From Asterias rubens (Eukaryota), in the NCBI RefSeq assembly GCF_902459465.1, contig NC_047066.1, forward strand, positions 9,238,001 to 9,302,000: 64,000 nucleotides of DNA. The letters run 5' to 3'. Below, piece after piece: positions 34,401 through 46,558 of this stretch. The position numbers were made by a program, and so were the translations under genes. The notes beneath the pieces are model-generated. The model worked only from the letters and a program-made list of their open reading frames with translations. It was not told the origin of the DNA and made no database searches. How positions within the stretch are numbered: position 1 is the first letter of the stretch; every line of letters starts with the position of its first letter.

Positions 34401-36378
34401 GTTGACGATATGAAAGTATACAACAGAGACTTTCAATTCTTGAAAGCAAATCATACGCGCTTGCTTTCTTTAGTCATTATTGAAAATTCTTGTTTGTGCA
34501 TGTGGCCATATTCTATACAGTTGGATGAAAACTAGTACGAATTCAATTATTATCTCCAAGAGAAAGTATAGACGACTAAAATTATAGCTGAACTATATCT
34601 ACACCCGCACCCTGTCTAGTCAATAGTGGTTTAGTTTGGTCTGGTTTTACTAATTGGAACCAGCCCTCCAGCCTAGGCTGTATCACTGGGTGCTTGATCC
34701 CCTGTCTCGTCTGCAACCGAATGCAATTAAAAAACATTCAGACAAACTTTGACGAGGTGATCTGACTAAATTTGTCTTTGGGTGTGGGGATGAGGGCCTA
34801 CTGTTTTTTGACAGAGAAAGTTGAACTTTACAGGCAATGGAGGTGATTGCCTTCATGACCCCATGGTCATTGCCGCCGTGGTGCCTTTGAAATGCTGGAG
34901 GACAAATTAAAAATGTCCTTATCTGGTTGCCCTTTATAACAAGGAGATAATGCCTTTGTGCCCGTGCCCTTTCAAAAACGAAGCACACATGCATGCACCT
35001 CTGTTAGAAAATTTGTTTTATGGTACTGCAATTTAACCACTCTATGTAATTAGTTTATAAACCAACAGGTTTGTTTATTTATTGACCAATAATCATCAAC
35101 AGTCTACACCCCACATAAACATAAAATAAAATTACTTATCAATCCAACAGTTCAACTCATAATCAAAACTTGTTAACAATAGTCAGCAGAGTCCGGCTTG
35201 GTCCTGATTGACAGTAATAGTTGACACCAGTTTGCGGTCCAACTTGCTTCTAATTAAAAGTAGTGTAGTTGATACTAGTTTAGCAATCCAACTTGCTCAT
35301 AACTAACCCCAGTTTGAACAATTATCGATCCATCTGACTGATGGCAATACAAGTTGTTAGTTAGCTGTTCAACTTGCTCCCTGTTAACACTGGTTGACAT
35401 TAGTTACTCAGCACTGTTGACACTGGTTTATATTAGTTATTAGAAGTGGAACGTTCTCAAGTATAAACCCTTCAAAATCCACCCATTATGTTAAATGGAA
35501 ATTGAACCTACAGTGGCTGTGTACATGGATTATGTACACAGTTTTAACACATGTTTAAATTTAACTATCATTACAAATCTCTGATCTTCCTATGTGTACC
35601 AATTAAACACTTGAAAACAAAGGGGAATGTATATATACAATTTGTCAATAAGCTTAAAAACTTACATTTATTGGTTCATTTGTGATCTTCTACCACAAAA
35701 TAAGGTTAAAGTCTGCACTTTCCCTTACTTTTTAAAGGGACACCTTTTGTAGTCAAATATAAAAAAAAGTTGTTCACTTCTATCTACATGTGTACATATC
35801 ATTTGGGGATACAAATGTAGCAAAAAATATGCCGAAACATGAAAAGTCCTGTATTCAAATGTTTTAACATTAATTAACCTTTTGAAATTTTAAGGCCGGC
35901 GCTCAATTCCATAGAGCTGATTGAGCATGGAAAGTAGCTAACCACAAACAATCAGCAAAGTTACCAGCAAAAATACCAAGTCACACATACCATCTGTGAC
36001 TGGTGTTCTGCTTAGCAAATTTTTTGTGACACTTTTGGTAATTATTCCAAACAATTTTTTAGCATAAAAACTCACTTGGTAACGAACAACAGACTTCGGG
36101 CCTGATGAAGCCTTGTTTAAAGGCATCTGAAAGTACACAAATTTGTGCAACAAGGGTGTTTTTTCTTTCATTATTCTCTTGCAACTTCAATGACCAATTG
36201 AGTCAAAATTTGGGATACACCAAGTGAGAATAATGGTCTTTGACAATTATCAAAGGTGTCAAGTGCCCTTAAGCATCTCTATGAAATATGCCCTTGGTAT
36301 TGTTTAAACATTTTGTGACCATCATATCAGGACTGAACTCATATCTTGTGGGAGAGTGGGGGTCACGTTTCACAAACA

Positions 36379-36751
36379 CTAGAAAAGATCTTGCTCCACT
36401 TGTATCGACAGCGACGGGCGGAGTTTGCTGTTTGTCCGTCGACTCTCAAGACGACTTCGAAGATCCTGGACTCCTCTCTGCTGCTGTTCCTCCTCATCTC
36501 CGTCTTCATCATCATCCACGTCATCGTCATCATCCCACGAGTCTTGATCATTAGCTACCATGATCTTAAGGTTGGGGATGCTGCCGGAAGCGAACTCGCC
36601 GCCATTGTCGCTTTCACTCCCACTGCTTTCGCTGCTGCTGCCCGCTGCTGCTGCTGCGTGGTAGCCCAATCTGCTGCTCAGTGAGGGGCGGCCGATTTTG
36701 ATTCTCTCTCTGGCGTCTGCAATTTGTGGTCTTGACTCGGGTTCTTCTTTC
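36379..36751 (-). CDS. NCBP3: Probable NCBP3 (nuclear cap-binding protein 3) last coding exon: KEEPESRPQIADARERI...SLSSRLG...DLRSRLESRRTNSKLRPSLSIQVEQDLF*
   Basis: acaacag acceptor with phase 2, compatible with the 62016 donor. DxRxRL repeats, an acidic tract and a terminal PSLxIxV resemble the NCBP3 C-terminus (LPSLQIEV), recalled from memory. Confidence 0.65.
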
Positions 36752-39029
36752 CTGTTGTCAAATAAACACAAAGTTATTTAAGTATGATTGCATTTATATA
36801 CCTTGTTTGTACCGACACCGATGTGTATTAAGCTTAATAGATTGTAAATGGCTGGATCCTAACCAAACATTTTTGAAAAGGATTGTTATTTTGTGATAAA
36901 CTTCATGTAGGCCTAAAGGTAAAGTAAAGAAATATTTACAGAAAAGGATAACTTTAATAGAAGTTTTTACAAATGAACAAAGCTAGAAAGGCATACTGAA
37001 AATAATAACAATAATATTTTATTACATTTCTAGTGCACTCTTTCCATCCAAGGATGTTCAAAGATGCAAGTTACAATAGATATTCCATTAAAAATTACAT
37101 CAAAATACAAGCAATGAAAATTGCATCAAACACATAACATACATGTACATTTTAAAACTACAAAACTGCACCAACTATATACAGATGCAGTGTAGGTTAA
37201 AGTAATCTGACTCTATTTTTTTGTACACACAGACAGACAGACATGGTTATGGTAGGTACTCAGAGCAAGGCTATTTTCAAAGTAAACCCCTTTGTTTGTC
37301 TTCAACAACCCGCTGTTGTTTAGGGTTCAAGTTTCACCCTTAATCAGACTAGAGCAAGCTTAACATAATAGGCAAGTACAAAACAAGGCCTGGACGCTTC
37401 ATGCTTTGCCGGTGAATCTCCAGCCGCGGTGTTACGGATGAACGCAAATGATGTGGCACAGGGAAGTTGTGGCGCATCTGGAAGCGGTTAAACCCTGGTC
37501 TGCGGGGAGGACAGGAGGGGGAACTTTGATTAAGGGGAAGCCCTGTCACCAGAGCCTGGGCGGCTATCTTATCCAGGAGAGGGACAGAGGTGGTGGTAGG
37601 GGTGCAATCTGTCAGTCAGGGGAAACTCTCAGATCACTCAAGAAAGATTTCACAACGGACAGACGGTGTGTCAAGGAAGACGCTTTTTGACTGGCCAGGC
37701 CAGGAAATTGGGAACACAGGGAGTGTGTTCGGGCCTATGCTCACTGCTCAGGCGAGACCCAGGCCCAGAAACATGTGGAGGGTCTAGGATCCTTATCATA
37801 ATAAACCAAAATACAGGGAATCCATCAAAAACAATTTATGTCATCAAGGCTCCCTTGCTACCTGAAATTTCCTCCGGTTTTCTTATTTTTTTGTAATTAG
37901 TAATGACAACAATCCTGATGTATACCACACATCAAATCTAACTTCCCCCCAAAAATACACGGGACGGATTTTCACATTGGATTGATAAAACATGGCGGTG
38001 GGACCTGGGCTCAATCATGTCCACATTTGACTGATTATAGCACTCTACTCCTGGTTGCAGGGGGGTTACTTTCCCGGTGGAGCCTCATCGACAGATTTAA
38101 TCTCCATAGTAGGTGTCAAGACGGAAGTGAATTAATCGGGGCACAGTCACTGACCCTACCATGTTCCTTAGGTTTAACCCTCTGGGAACTTTTCCCCTCC
38201 GTTTTTTTTTTCTTTTTTCCTAGCACGTTTTCAGTGATACAATTTCGGCAGAGTTTAAGCAAACACAGCAGGGCTTGCACTAAAGGACGATGACTGTACT
38301 TTCAAATTTAAAAAAGAAACGTCATCGAGCCTTGACAGTTAAATGACTACATGGATGAGAATTTGGAAATCAACAGCTTTATATTGTCGCACTCTATTAC
38401 TCTCCGTGGCCAATAATCGGCCATCTTGGATTTAAATGTGTATAGAAGGGAGTAATCATCCAATATCAATCAAACAGTTGTGACTCATGTTCTCCACTTA
38501 ATGCAGAATTTTTGACTCATGTGGATGCAATGTTACACAGTTGACTCAGAACGAGCATTGATAATGCCCACAAAGTTTCCCTAAACTTATTTTGAAAATT
38601 TCTGTCAAGAGTAAAGTTGCGTGTTAAACATCCTCACTGTTATTAGATCAAACACCTCCTTCTATCAATCATCACAATGAAGAAAAAAACAAACTTCTCT
38701 CCAATTGTTGTTATAAAAAGTTGTGCCGGAAGGTCAAATAGTTAAAACATACTCCTAAGTGGAGCTATGTGGACATGAACTGCATAATGAACACAAAACA
38801 GAAAATGCAAGTTGTATTTTTAAAAGCAAGTTCACTGAAATTTTGGGAGAGAATGCTGGGGAATACTGCCAAATCGCATCCGCTTCAGACAACATTTTTG
38901 AGATTTCTTTTAAAACTAATTCGAGGGGAAATGACACTCCCTAAAAAATGTGAAAAAAATAAATAAAACAAAGTCATTAAATGTACTATGTAAAGTCAGC
39001 TGATATTTCATATGGTCTGCCAATAACCT

Positions 39030-39416
39030 TTAAAGGAGCATTACAGAATTGGTTTTGCTAACAAAACAATTGCTGGTAGTGTTAGCACTTTATGTAAGCC
39101 ATCATAAACATAAACTGACAAACCTGTAGAAGTTTAAGATCGATCAACCATCTGGGTCAAGAGAAAATAGTTAAAAACTTATAAAACATTTTGTTTATAT
39201 CAGTTTTTTTTCTTTTCTTCACAAAAATGAATAAAACGCTCACTGGGCGATAAACTACAAACGCGAAATTAGATTATTTATTTCTCATCGGATATGACAT
39301 TTCAAACTATTTCAAGTGAAGTTTTCTACTTTGATTATCATTAGACCGTGTCAGTTTTATGTAAATCTGTGATCTTAGAAGAGGTTTTTCTTTCCAATTC
39401 TGTAACGTTCCTTTAA
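39030..39416. mobile_element. TTAA MITE family 4 (partial copy 60849-60990)
   Basis: ttaaaggagcattacagaattgg ... ccaattctgtaacgttcctttaa. Confidence 0.85.
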
Positions 39417-42400
39417 CTTGAAAGTCTATTTTTAAGCGTGGGTTCCAAACGATCGCAATGAGAGATGGGCATCCATCAACGGGATGGCGACCATGACAAC
39501 ATCCCAACTTTTGATAAACGCAGAGATAAAAACGTCAATCATATTTTTGTATAATTGACACGACTCCGAATGAGCATCAGGAGGTTCTGTCTCCCCCCCC
39601 GTATGTTACAGGAAAAGACATTTTAATTTCAAATTACTGCCATACGTTTTGCGCTGATCAGACGGTTGATAAACATAATTTCATTTGCACAAGGGCGCTT
39701 GACTCATCATCGTTGGGCTTCTGTACGCCACCGTTACCCCGCTGTAATAAAAGGCATGTATTCATTGGAGAGATCGCAAGAAGGTTATCCATGAATGGTG
39801 CCATCGCAAAATGTTTCTCCGAGTTTCCTCTCAGGTTTTTTTTTTTTTTTAGGTGAAAGGGCCTACAGGTTAGGTTTAGGTTTAGGTTATCCATGAATGA
39901 GAAACGGTTCTCCGAGTTTTCCTCTCAGGTTTTTAGGTGACATTTTTTAGGTGAAAGGTCCTACGCCTCTAGGCTACTGGTTTTAAAAAAAAATTGACAA
40001 ATTTGTCGAGGCTGATAAACTTCAACGGTAGATGACCAGCGAGTTGAAGAAAGCCAGGGTCTATACTAATCCATCTCCAACTGAGATTCTAAAGTAGACC
40101 CTTGTGTCCCGAGATTGGTCCAAACTACAGTTGTAGGTCAATGTAAGGACAAAGAAGTGAGTTCGATTCTCTCATGACAAAAACCACTTCTTGGTATGGG
40201 GGTTTCTTCAGTTTACAGCAAGTGTTACACAAAAAAAACATGGTTTGTGTACTGTGGACTTTATTGACACAAGGCAGTTGGAAAGGAGATCATACCGATA
40301 GGAATATAGTTTTACCAGGAAAAAAAAAAGTAGAATTAAGACCCAGGACTGGAAGTACACGCAGGCCCCAGAGGTCATGGCCACCATTGCCCCTGGTATT
40401 GGCCTTCGGGTGCCCTTTAAAAGTTTCCAAAGGACTTGAAATTCCAGACCTGTGTAGACCTAAACAAATATATCTTCCTTGGTGAAGAGAAGCAATTAGT
40501 TTCATACTCAAGGAACACAGAGCATTAAGAGGATAGAACCCATGGTATCAGGACATGGCACCAAGACCTGGGTCTATAACATGCTAAATGTATCGACTAC
40601 TGGGCTCGATTTTAAAGAGCTGCTTCGATCAGCAGACAATTTTGCTAAGCAATTTTCTGTCAAGCAAAAATTTGTAGGACACCACTCAAAGTTGATGCAT
40701 TTATGACATGGTATTTTGGCAGATACATGTAACTTATTCTGGTGAGCATAATTATGTTCTGGCAATCTACTCTTAGTGCTTAAGCCATGTAATTGGGGCC
40801 AAGAGAATCACAGGTGCTTTGTACAGTACCATGTATACCATGTATACCGTGACCGATATCACAAAGCCGCTAAGCAAAGAATAATTGGGACACCTGTCGC
40901 AAGCACTGTGCTTCACAAACCATTCTGGACGGTAAAACTGCTCTCCAAAGCAAAATACTTCTGTGCTTAGCAAGTTGCTTAACATGTTCTGTGATTCATG
41001 GTCCCAGATCTGATACCAGCTCACCTTGACTCATCAGTTACCAACCACACCTGGACCGTTTTTCTCTTCAAAGTATCATGCCGCCTCTCAGATTAAATTT
41101 TGAATCTTTACCTTCTGTTTGAAGTTTGCATAACGGAAGACGCAAACTTGGTTAACTCTATTCAGCAATCAATCATGTTCATTTTCATAAAATAATGATC
41201 AATCAAATAGAAAAGGTGAGCTGAGTTGTTGTAAACCGTAGCGCCACCAACAGCGCTGAACATCTTATGCGCTCAGGTGCACGCATGATGAATGAACCTG
41301 GTTTCGACAGGAAAGCGTAACATCGGTATTGTGATCGGCAACATGTGTAAGCCCCAGGTTCCACTCCGAGATAACGTTAATCTAATTTTTTCATGATGGA
41401 TACATGTCTGTTTGATTTAATGAATGCAGAAATATAATCGGCTTGGTGTGCAACGGAGAACACTGGCCTTCGTGAATGACTGATCGACTGGACCTGTGAA
41501 ATGTCACACAGGTAAAAAAAACTATGTCAAATTCAATCAAACAGTGTCGGTGTTGAAATATATACGTGGGGTCCACCACACTTGGAGGTTGTTACCTGTA
41601 AATGAATCCACAGGAGTACACAGGTGTTGGGATGTGATAAAGTAAGGGTGATGGATCATGGTCTTGAGATGTTGAAAGAGGATTTTGATTGCATCTTCAG
41701 ATGAGTGCCATTTTGAAAGGTCAATCTCAGAGGGCCGATTTGACAAGGCCCCGATTTCATAAACGCTAAGATAACTATGAAGATTGCCATTAAGGTGTTA
41801 TTTACCCATGGAATTCATCCGTATTGCGACAGTAATATAAAAATGATTTCAAAAAGCACAAAGGCACAAACAATTTGGCCTTTAACTATTTTTTTTTGAA
41901 GAAAAAAAATTGCTGGGCACAGAAAACTCTTGCTTAGCAAAAATAAATTACCGGCCAAAATACCATACAGGTACCATTGCTGTGACTGGCACCCAACTCA
42001 TTGCAAAGACAACAACAAGAGTATGAAGCCTGGTTCATATTTCTGCGAATGCAAAGCAAATGTTGACGTCACATGGCTGTTTTTCGCAGTGATTAATGCT
42101 TCTCAGGAGTTCAACTGATGCATTCGTACCACATTGGCAGGAAGTACAAAATGTATGAACTGGGCTTTAATGGTGAAGCGCCACATATTGGTACATGGAA
42201 AAACAAAGAGTTTGAAGTGAAAACATTAACACAACCATGACTGTCTTTTGGCTCCACAAATCACACATATTCTCTGGAATTGTTGAAGACGGTTAAAAAG
42301 TGCAATTGGCAAAGGCAGCAAGCAATGAATTTCCAAGATACTCTCCTACCGGAAGATCTTACAGTCAAAGTGCCTGAGGAGGTACATTGTATCGTAGGCG

Positions 42401-42619
42401 TTCTACAAGATAGACAATGTCTCCAGAGGAATCGTTTATCATTATCTTGATCCAGAATGACCCAGCTGCCATAAACTTTTCAATCAGGTGAATGCGATAG
42501 ACCATTGACGTCATCCCGTCAACCATCTTAGACATGTTAGGATGAAACAATGGAAACCCACATCTACACACAGCACACAGGATGGACCAATGAACAACTG
42601 CTTCTCTCACATTTCATCA

Positions 42620-42915
42620 GTCTCCTGATGATGACTAGAGCAAGCTAGTCGAAACATTGAGACCAATTAAGAACTCACTCCGCGATAGTGAAGTTAATAA
42701 CGATCTACTAAGCTAAAGTAGTACTATAGGTAGTCCCGGGCAATTTTCTACCTTCCGCCCAGGTAGTAGTTAAGAAAAGTAGGACAGTTCTTTTTAGAAC
42801 TGAGAAGTCTCCCGAATTCCGAAAATCTACTCCGCAATAAAATAAAGCAAGACACAGTCCTCTAAAGAAGAAACTCTACCTGGCAAGTAGATAAAAAAAA
42901 GGTGTTACCGCAAAC
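42620..42915 (+). mobile_element. Longer Penelope-like element with a canonical-core hammerhead motif (42620-42663); 3' fragment also at ~4727-4793
   Basis: gtctc-CTGATGA-t-gactag/agcaag/ctagtc-GAAA-catt-gagac. Shares gttctttt.agaac and ggtgttaccgcaaac with the 9467 element. Confidence 0.72.
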
Positions 42916-44535
42916 CAATGTTACATCTTTTAACCTTTATGAGACCGTCTTATGACATCACATGCAAAAGATCTATCTGGTGAGTTGTCACCAAATGCCA
43001 GAAATTTTGCCTAACTTCTGGTCTCTATTGCCCTTGACTTGCCCTTGGTGTAAATTTTAACAATGTTGTAAAGACATTTCAAATTTGTCTAACACTGGTG
43101 TCGTTAACACGATTTAGCCTGCTTCACCATTCATTTTTCTAAGCGGCACCACCCCCCCCCCCCCAAAAAAAATACCAAAAACAAACAAACAAAACAAACA
43201 AACACACCCACAACAAAAACAACAACAACAGGTCACAAAAGCACCCTAAAAAGTCCTCTTTCCCATTCTGAAAGCTGTGTGTGGATTTGTGCGATCTTCA
43301 TTTTTCATTTTACAACTACATGTACATGTATTACTCTCAAGGGACCTAAATGAAATGAAATGAAATAAATGAAAATGCTCACTAGCGACATATAAGAGAG
43401 TTAACAGATTTTCAAAGTAACAAGCCACTTTCAGACTGACTAAGTGTGACCCTCTTATTTGCCTTCGTTCTTTTTGTCATGCCAAAACCTATGAAGTGAC
43501 TCTCTTCTCACTTTTGAACTGTAACATACAACAGACATTCCAAAACCACTCGTTAGGAATGCAACAAGTTTCTTTCCTTTAATTAGGTCAAGATGTCCAA
43601 AGAATAATTCATCTTATCTGAGGTAAAACATCACTCTTTAAAACTCCCAAAGGAATGCCGAGTGTCCAATAAGAACCACAACATATTTTGTATAGCGTCC
43701 TGGGGAGTGTTTCAGCCAGGTGACATATTCCTTCAACTCCTGTCCCGGTACCAGAGGGAACTAGTAAAGGGCAGGAAGAATTGCACCATACGTGTTTGAT
43801 ATTTATCTTGAGAATTTTTATGATTTTATTTTTCGAAAAAGTGCAACAGAGATAAATCAAACGGTTGGAAACTGTAACTGAACTTTTGAAAGGTCAATCA
43901 AACAGCGCCACCACTGAGGTCAAATAAGACTAATTATTGGGGAGGGTTGTGTGTCTTGCGTATGCTTATTTGCGTTCAGTCGCTTTCTCTCTACTGAAAT
44001 ATCCACACTGCGTGAATCACACTTTTGCAACTTGTGTATCAAAAAATTACTCGGTTTTCATTTCCATGGATTTTTTTCGGGACTCTAAATTTAACTCTGC
44101 ACTCAGGTTGACATGTAGGTTAAAAAAAAAAAAAAAAAAAGTGAAGAAATATTAACCAGCGATAAAAAGTTAACAAGTCAGAGATAAACCAGACTCAAAA
44201 CTTGACCTCAGTCATGTCAGTCAAGTAGGTATACTGTGGGTGTACTCTCACATTGTAAAGGATTAAGTGTTAATTGCATTTTACATGTTAGTACAACAAA
44301 ACAGTTCCCATGGCTGTACCCAGGGTCACCTTTATGGCTCAAGAAAAACTGTCGCTTTGGTTTGGGGAATTGTTTGATTGTTTGAACCCTTAGGAATGTA
44401 GATACAAGTACAATCAAACTATATCCTGTGAAAATGTCATTCAAACTTTTGCATCGGTGATAAAGAATTTTAATTTTGGCTTTACCCTAACATCGATGTG
44501 TGTTAGCAATGTAAGATAGTTTACAAAGTTGTGTG

Positions 44536-44695
44536 AAAAAAATCACAGGCATAATACTCGGGTGGGATTCAAACCCACGACCTTTGCAATTCTACAGCAG
44601 TGTCATGCATGCACCAACTAGACCACCGAGATTGCCCGGCAGCTAGAGGCAGTTCAAATCCTATATTTTAGCAGCGGCGGGTACCGCAACAATTT
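44536..44695 (-). mobile_element. tRNA-like (A/B box) dispersed repeat; inverted sister copy at ~45650-45812
   Basis: tggtctagttgg and ggtt.gaatccc boxes; the two copies face opposite directions ~950 bp apart. Confidence 0.7.
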
Positions 44696-45516
44696 ATTAG
44701 ATGAAATTTGCATCAGGGATAAAGAATATAAAGTTCCCAACTCAAAGGAGAAACATCTTGAAATCGAACTCTCCAGATACATGCACAAGCTCGACAAAGT
44801 GCCATTTCCAATAAATCTGTCAAACAAATTGATTCTATCTCATCCTGCCAAGTGGCGATAAAAAGTTTCCATCTTTGTAACAAACATTCATGATCTTGCC
44901 AAAACGATCCAAAACCCATAGGGTTTGGAACATTGCTGACGGTAGTCTGGAGGCGGCATGCTAAATTCAAAGAGCATCATGGGAGTTCAATTTTAAATTC
45001 TTTGCCGGAGCACCTTCTTTTAATTACAATAAAAAAGCATCCCTCGGCACAACGCTAAACAGTGTGTAAAAATAGCCATAACTGACATGGCCGAGGAAAG
45101 CACGATTAAACAAAACAAATTAGGCAATTTCTTTGTTCCTGTAATATGACCACAAAGAGACGTCTTCTCCTTCAAGTCACCTTTGAAAAAACTATGTGCA
45201 GAGTCCAACTAAAAATAGTCAGGCGCCAGACGATTCCGCTTCTTAATCCCAAGGTACCCCATCTCCCGGCAATACATCGGTTCATCAAAACAGCATTCTA
45301 CATAGAAGAGGTATCCCAGATAAGAAAGTTTTAAGATTTGAGAAAAATCAGGTAAAAATACATTTTTTTTCCTCCTGCTGAATACTCCTGCTATTTCATT
45401 TGTACGGCATTCATTTTCCATGAAAATCAGAGAAAACCGAGAGAGATTGGCTGTTGCCAGCTTGGCGTTTATATCCCCTTGTGGGAGTTTGCCGAGTTTC
45501 CCTGATGGGAAAACTA

Positions 45517-45582
45517 ACAAACAAACAAACAAACAAACAAACAAACAAACAAACAAACAAACAAACAAACAAACAAACAAAC
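45517..45582. repeat. (AAAC)n microsatellite; (AAAT)n at ~21010-21078
   Basis: Direct reading of the sequence. Confidence 0.95.
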
Positions 45583-46188
45583 ATGTATTTCGTTTTAAAA
45601 GTAAATGCGATGGTCAGCAACCAAGGTTTTTCTGACAGCTTTAAAAAGAATTGTTGCGATACCTGCTGCTTAAATATACAATGTAGGATTCAAATGTAGC
45701 TGCCGGGCAATCTCTGTGGTCTAGTTGGTAAGACACTGCTCTAGAATCTCAAAGGTTATGGGTTCCAATTCCACCCAAGTAATATGCCTGTGATTTTGTT
45801 TCACATCAGGTTACATGTATATGGGTAAAACCCCAAATTAGTATAGCTTTAAAATCATCACCACTTGCTGAGCAGTCATGGATGCACAAACATCAACAAG
45901 TCGGTGGAACGATATGTCATAAAATATTGCTCACTTTCAACCACTGACATTGAACATCATAGAGTTAGTGTCTGATTAGTAATCCACCCCACAAGGACAA
46001 TGCCAGTTATCTGTAATTGCCAAACGACCAATCACCTTGCCCCTAATCTCATATTGATGCACTTTTCCGGCTAGCCCATTGTGTGTGACAAACCCCCCAG
46101 GCGATGATTCCAACGATTCCAAATGTTTACAAAGAATCTACTGAGAAGAGACAGGCTACCAGCAAAAACTTGTAGCATACAAACTCTT

Positions 46189-46558
46189 AGTCTTGGTGCA
46201 AGACATTTCTCGTTTTCCTTTCACGCACAGCGCGGCCAACTCACCACCAGCGCCCGCAACGACTCACCTGACTTAGTCCACTCACCGCCCCCGCGAGAAA
46301 CGTCTTGGCCTGTCTGCATTATTGAGTTATGTGACCTTCCCATACATATTCAACTTGTGGGTCAACTTGTGGGTCAACAATTAATACTACGCACGCGCAC
46401 AACTGGAAACAGAGAAGCGGGCCAGCCTGGTAACTTGCGTGCATCCGAATAGAGTAAGCATCGCTGCAACTGCAAGTCAGGTTAGTCGGTGCAGGCGCTG
46501 TTGGTGAGTTGGCCGTGCTGTCACGAAAGGAAAACAAGAAACATCTTGCACCAAGACT
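46189..46558. mobile_element. 370-bp CpG-rich MITE with ~90-bp imperfect terminal inverted repeats
   Basis: agtcttggtgcaaga..tttct.gttttcctttc...ggccaactcacca.cagcgcc is mirrored at the right end. Confidence 0.8.

Noticed and set aside
36098-36135. CTGATGA...GAAA in the MITE remnant
   Set aside because: Extra bases break stem II/GAAA geometry, and it is a variant of the ordinary MITE core (gcatctgaaagcacac).
10855-43175. Recurrent poly(C)-poly(A) junctions (10856, 13400, 20994, 43148)
   Set aside because: Simple-sequence slippage or homopolymer tracts with no shared flanks.
45700-45785. Amber-suppressor tRNA (loop CTCTAGA; the sister copy has the Tyr-like CTGTAGA)
   Set aside because: The anticodon and acceptor stems do not pair and the B box is mutated. 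It is a tRNA-derived repeat, not a tRNA gene. The same applies to all tRNA-Leu-like SINE heads.
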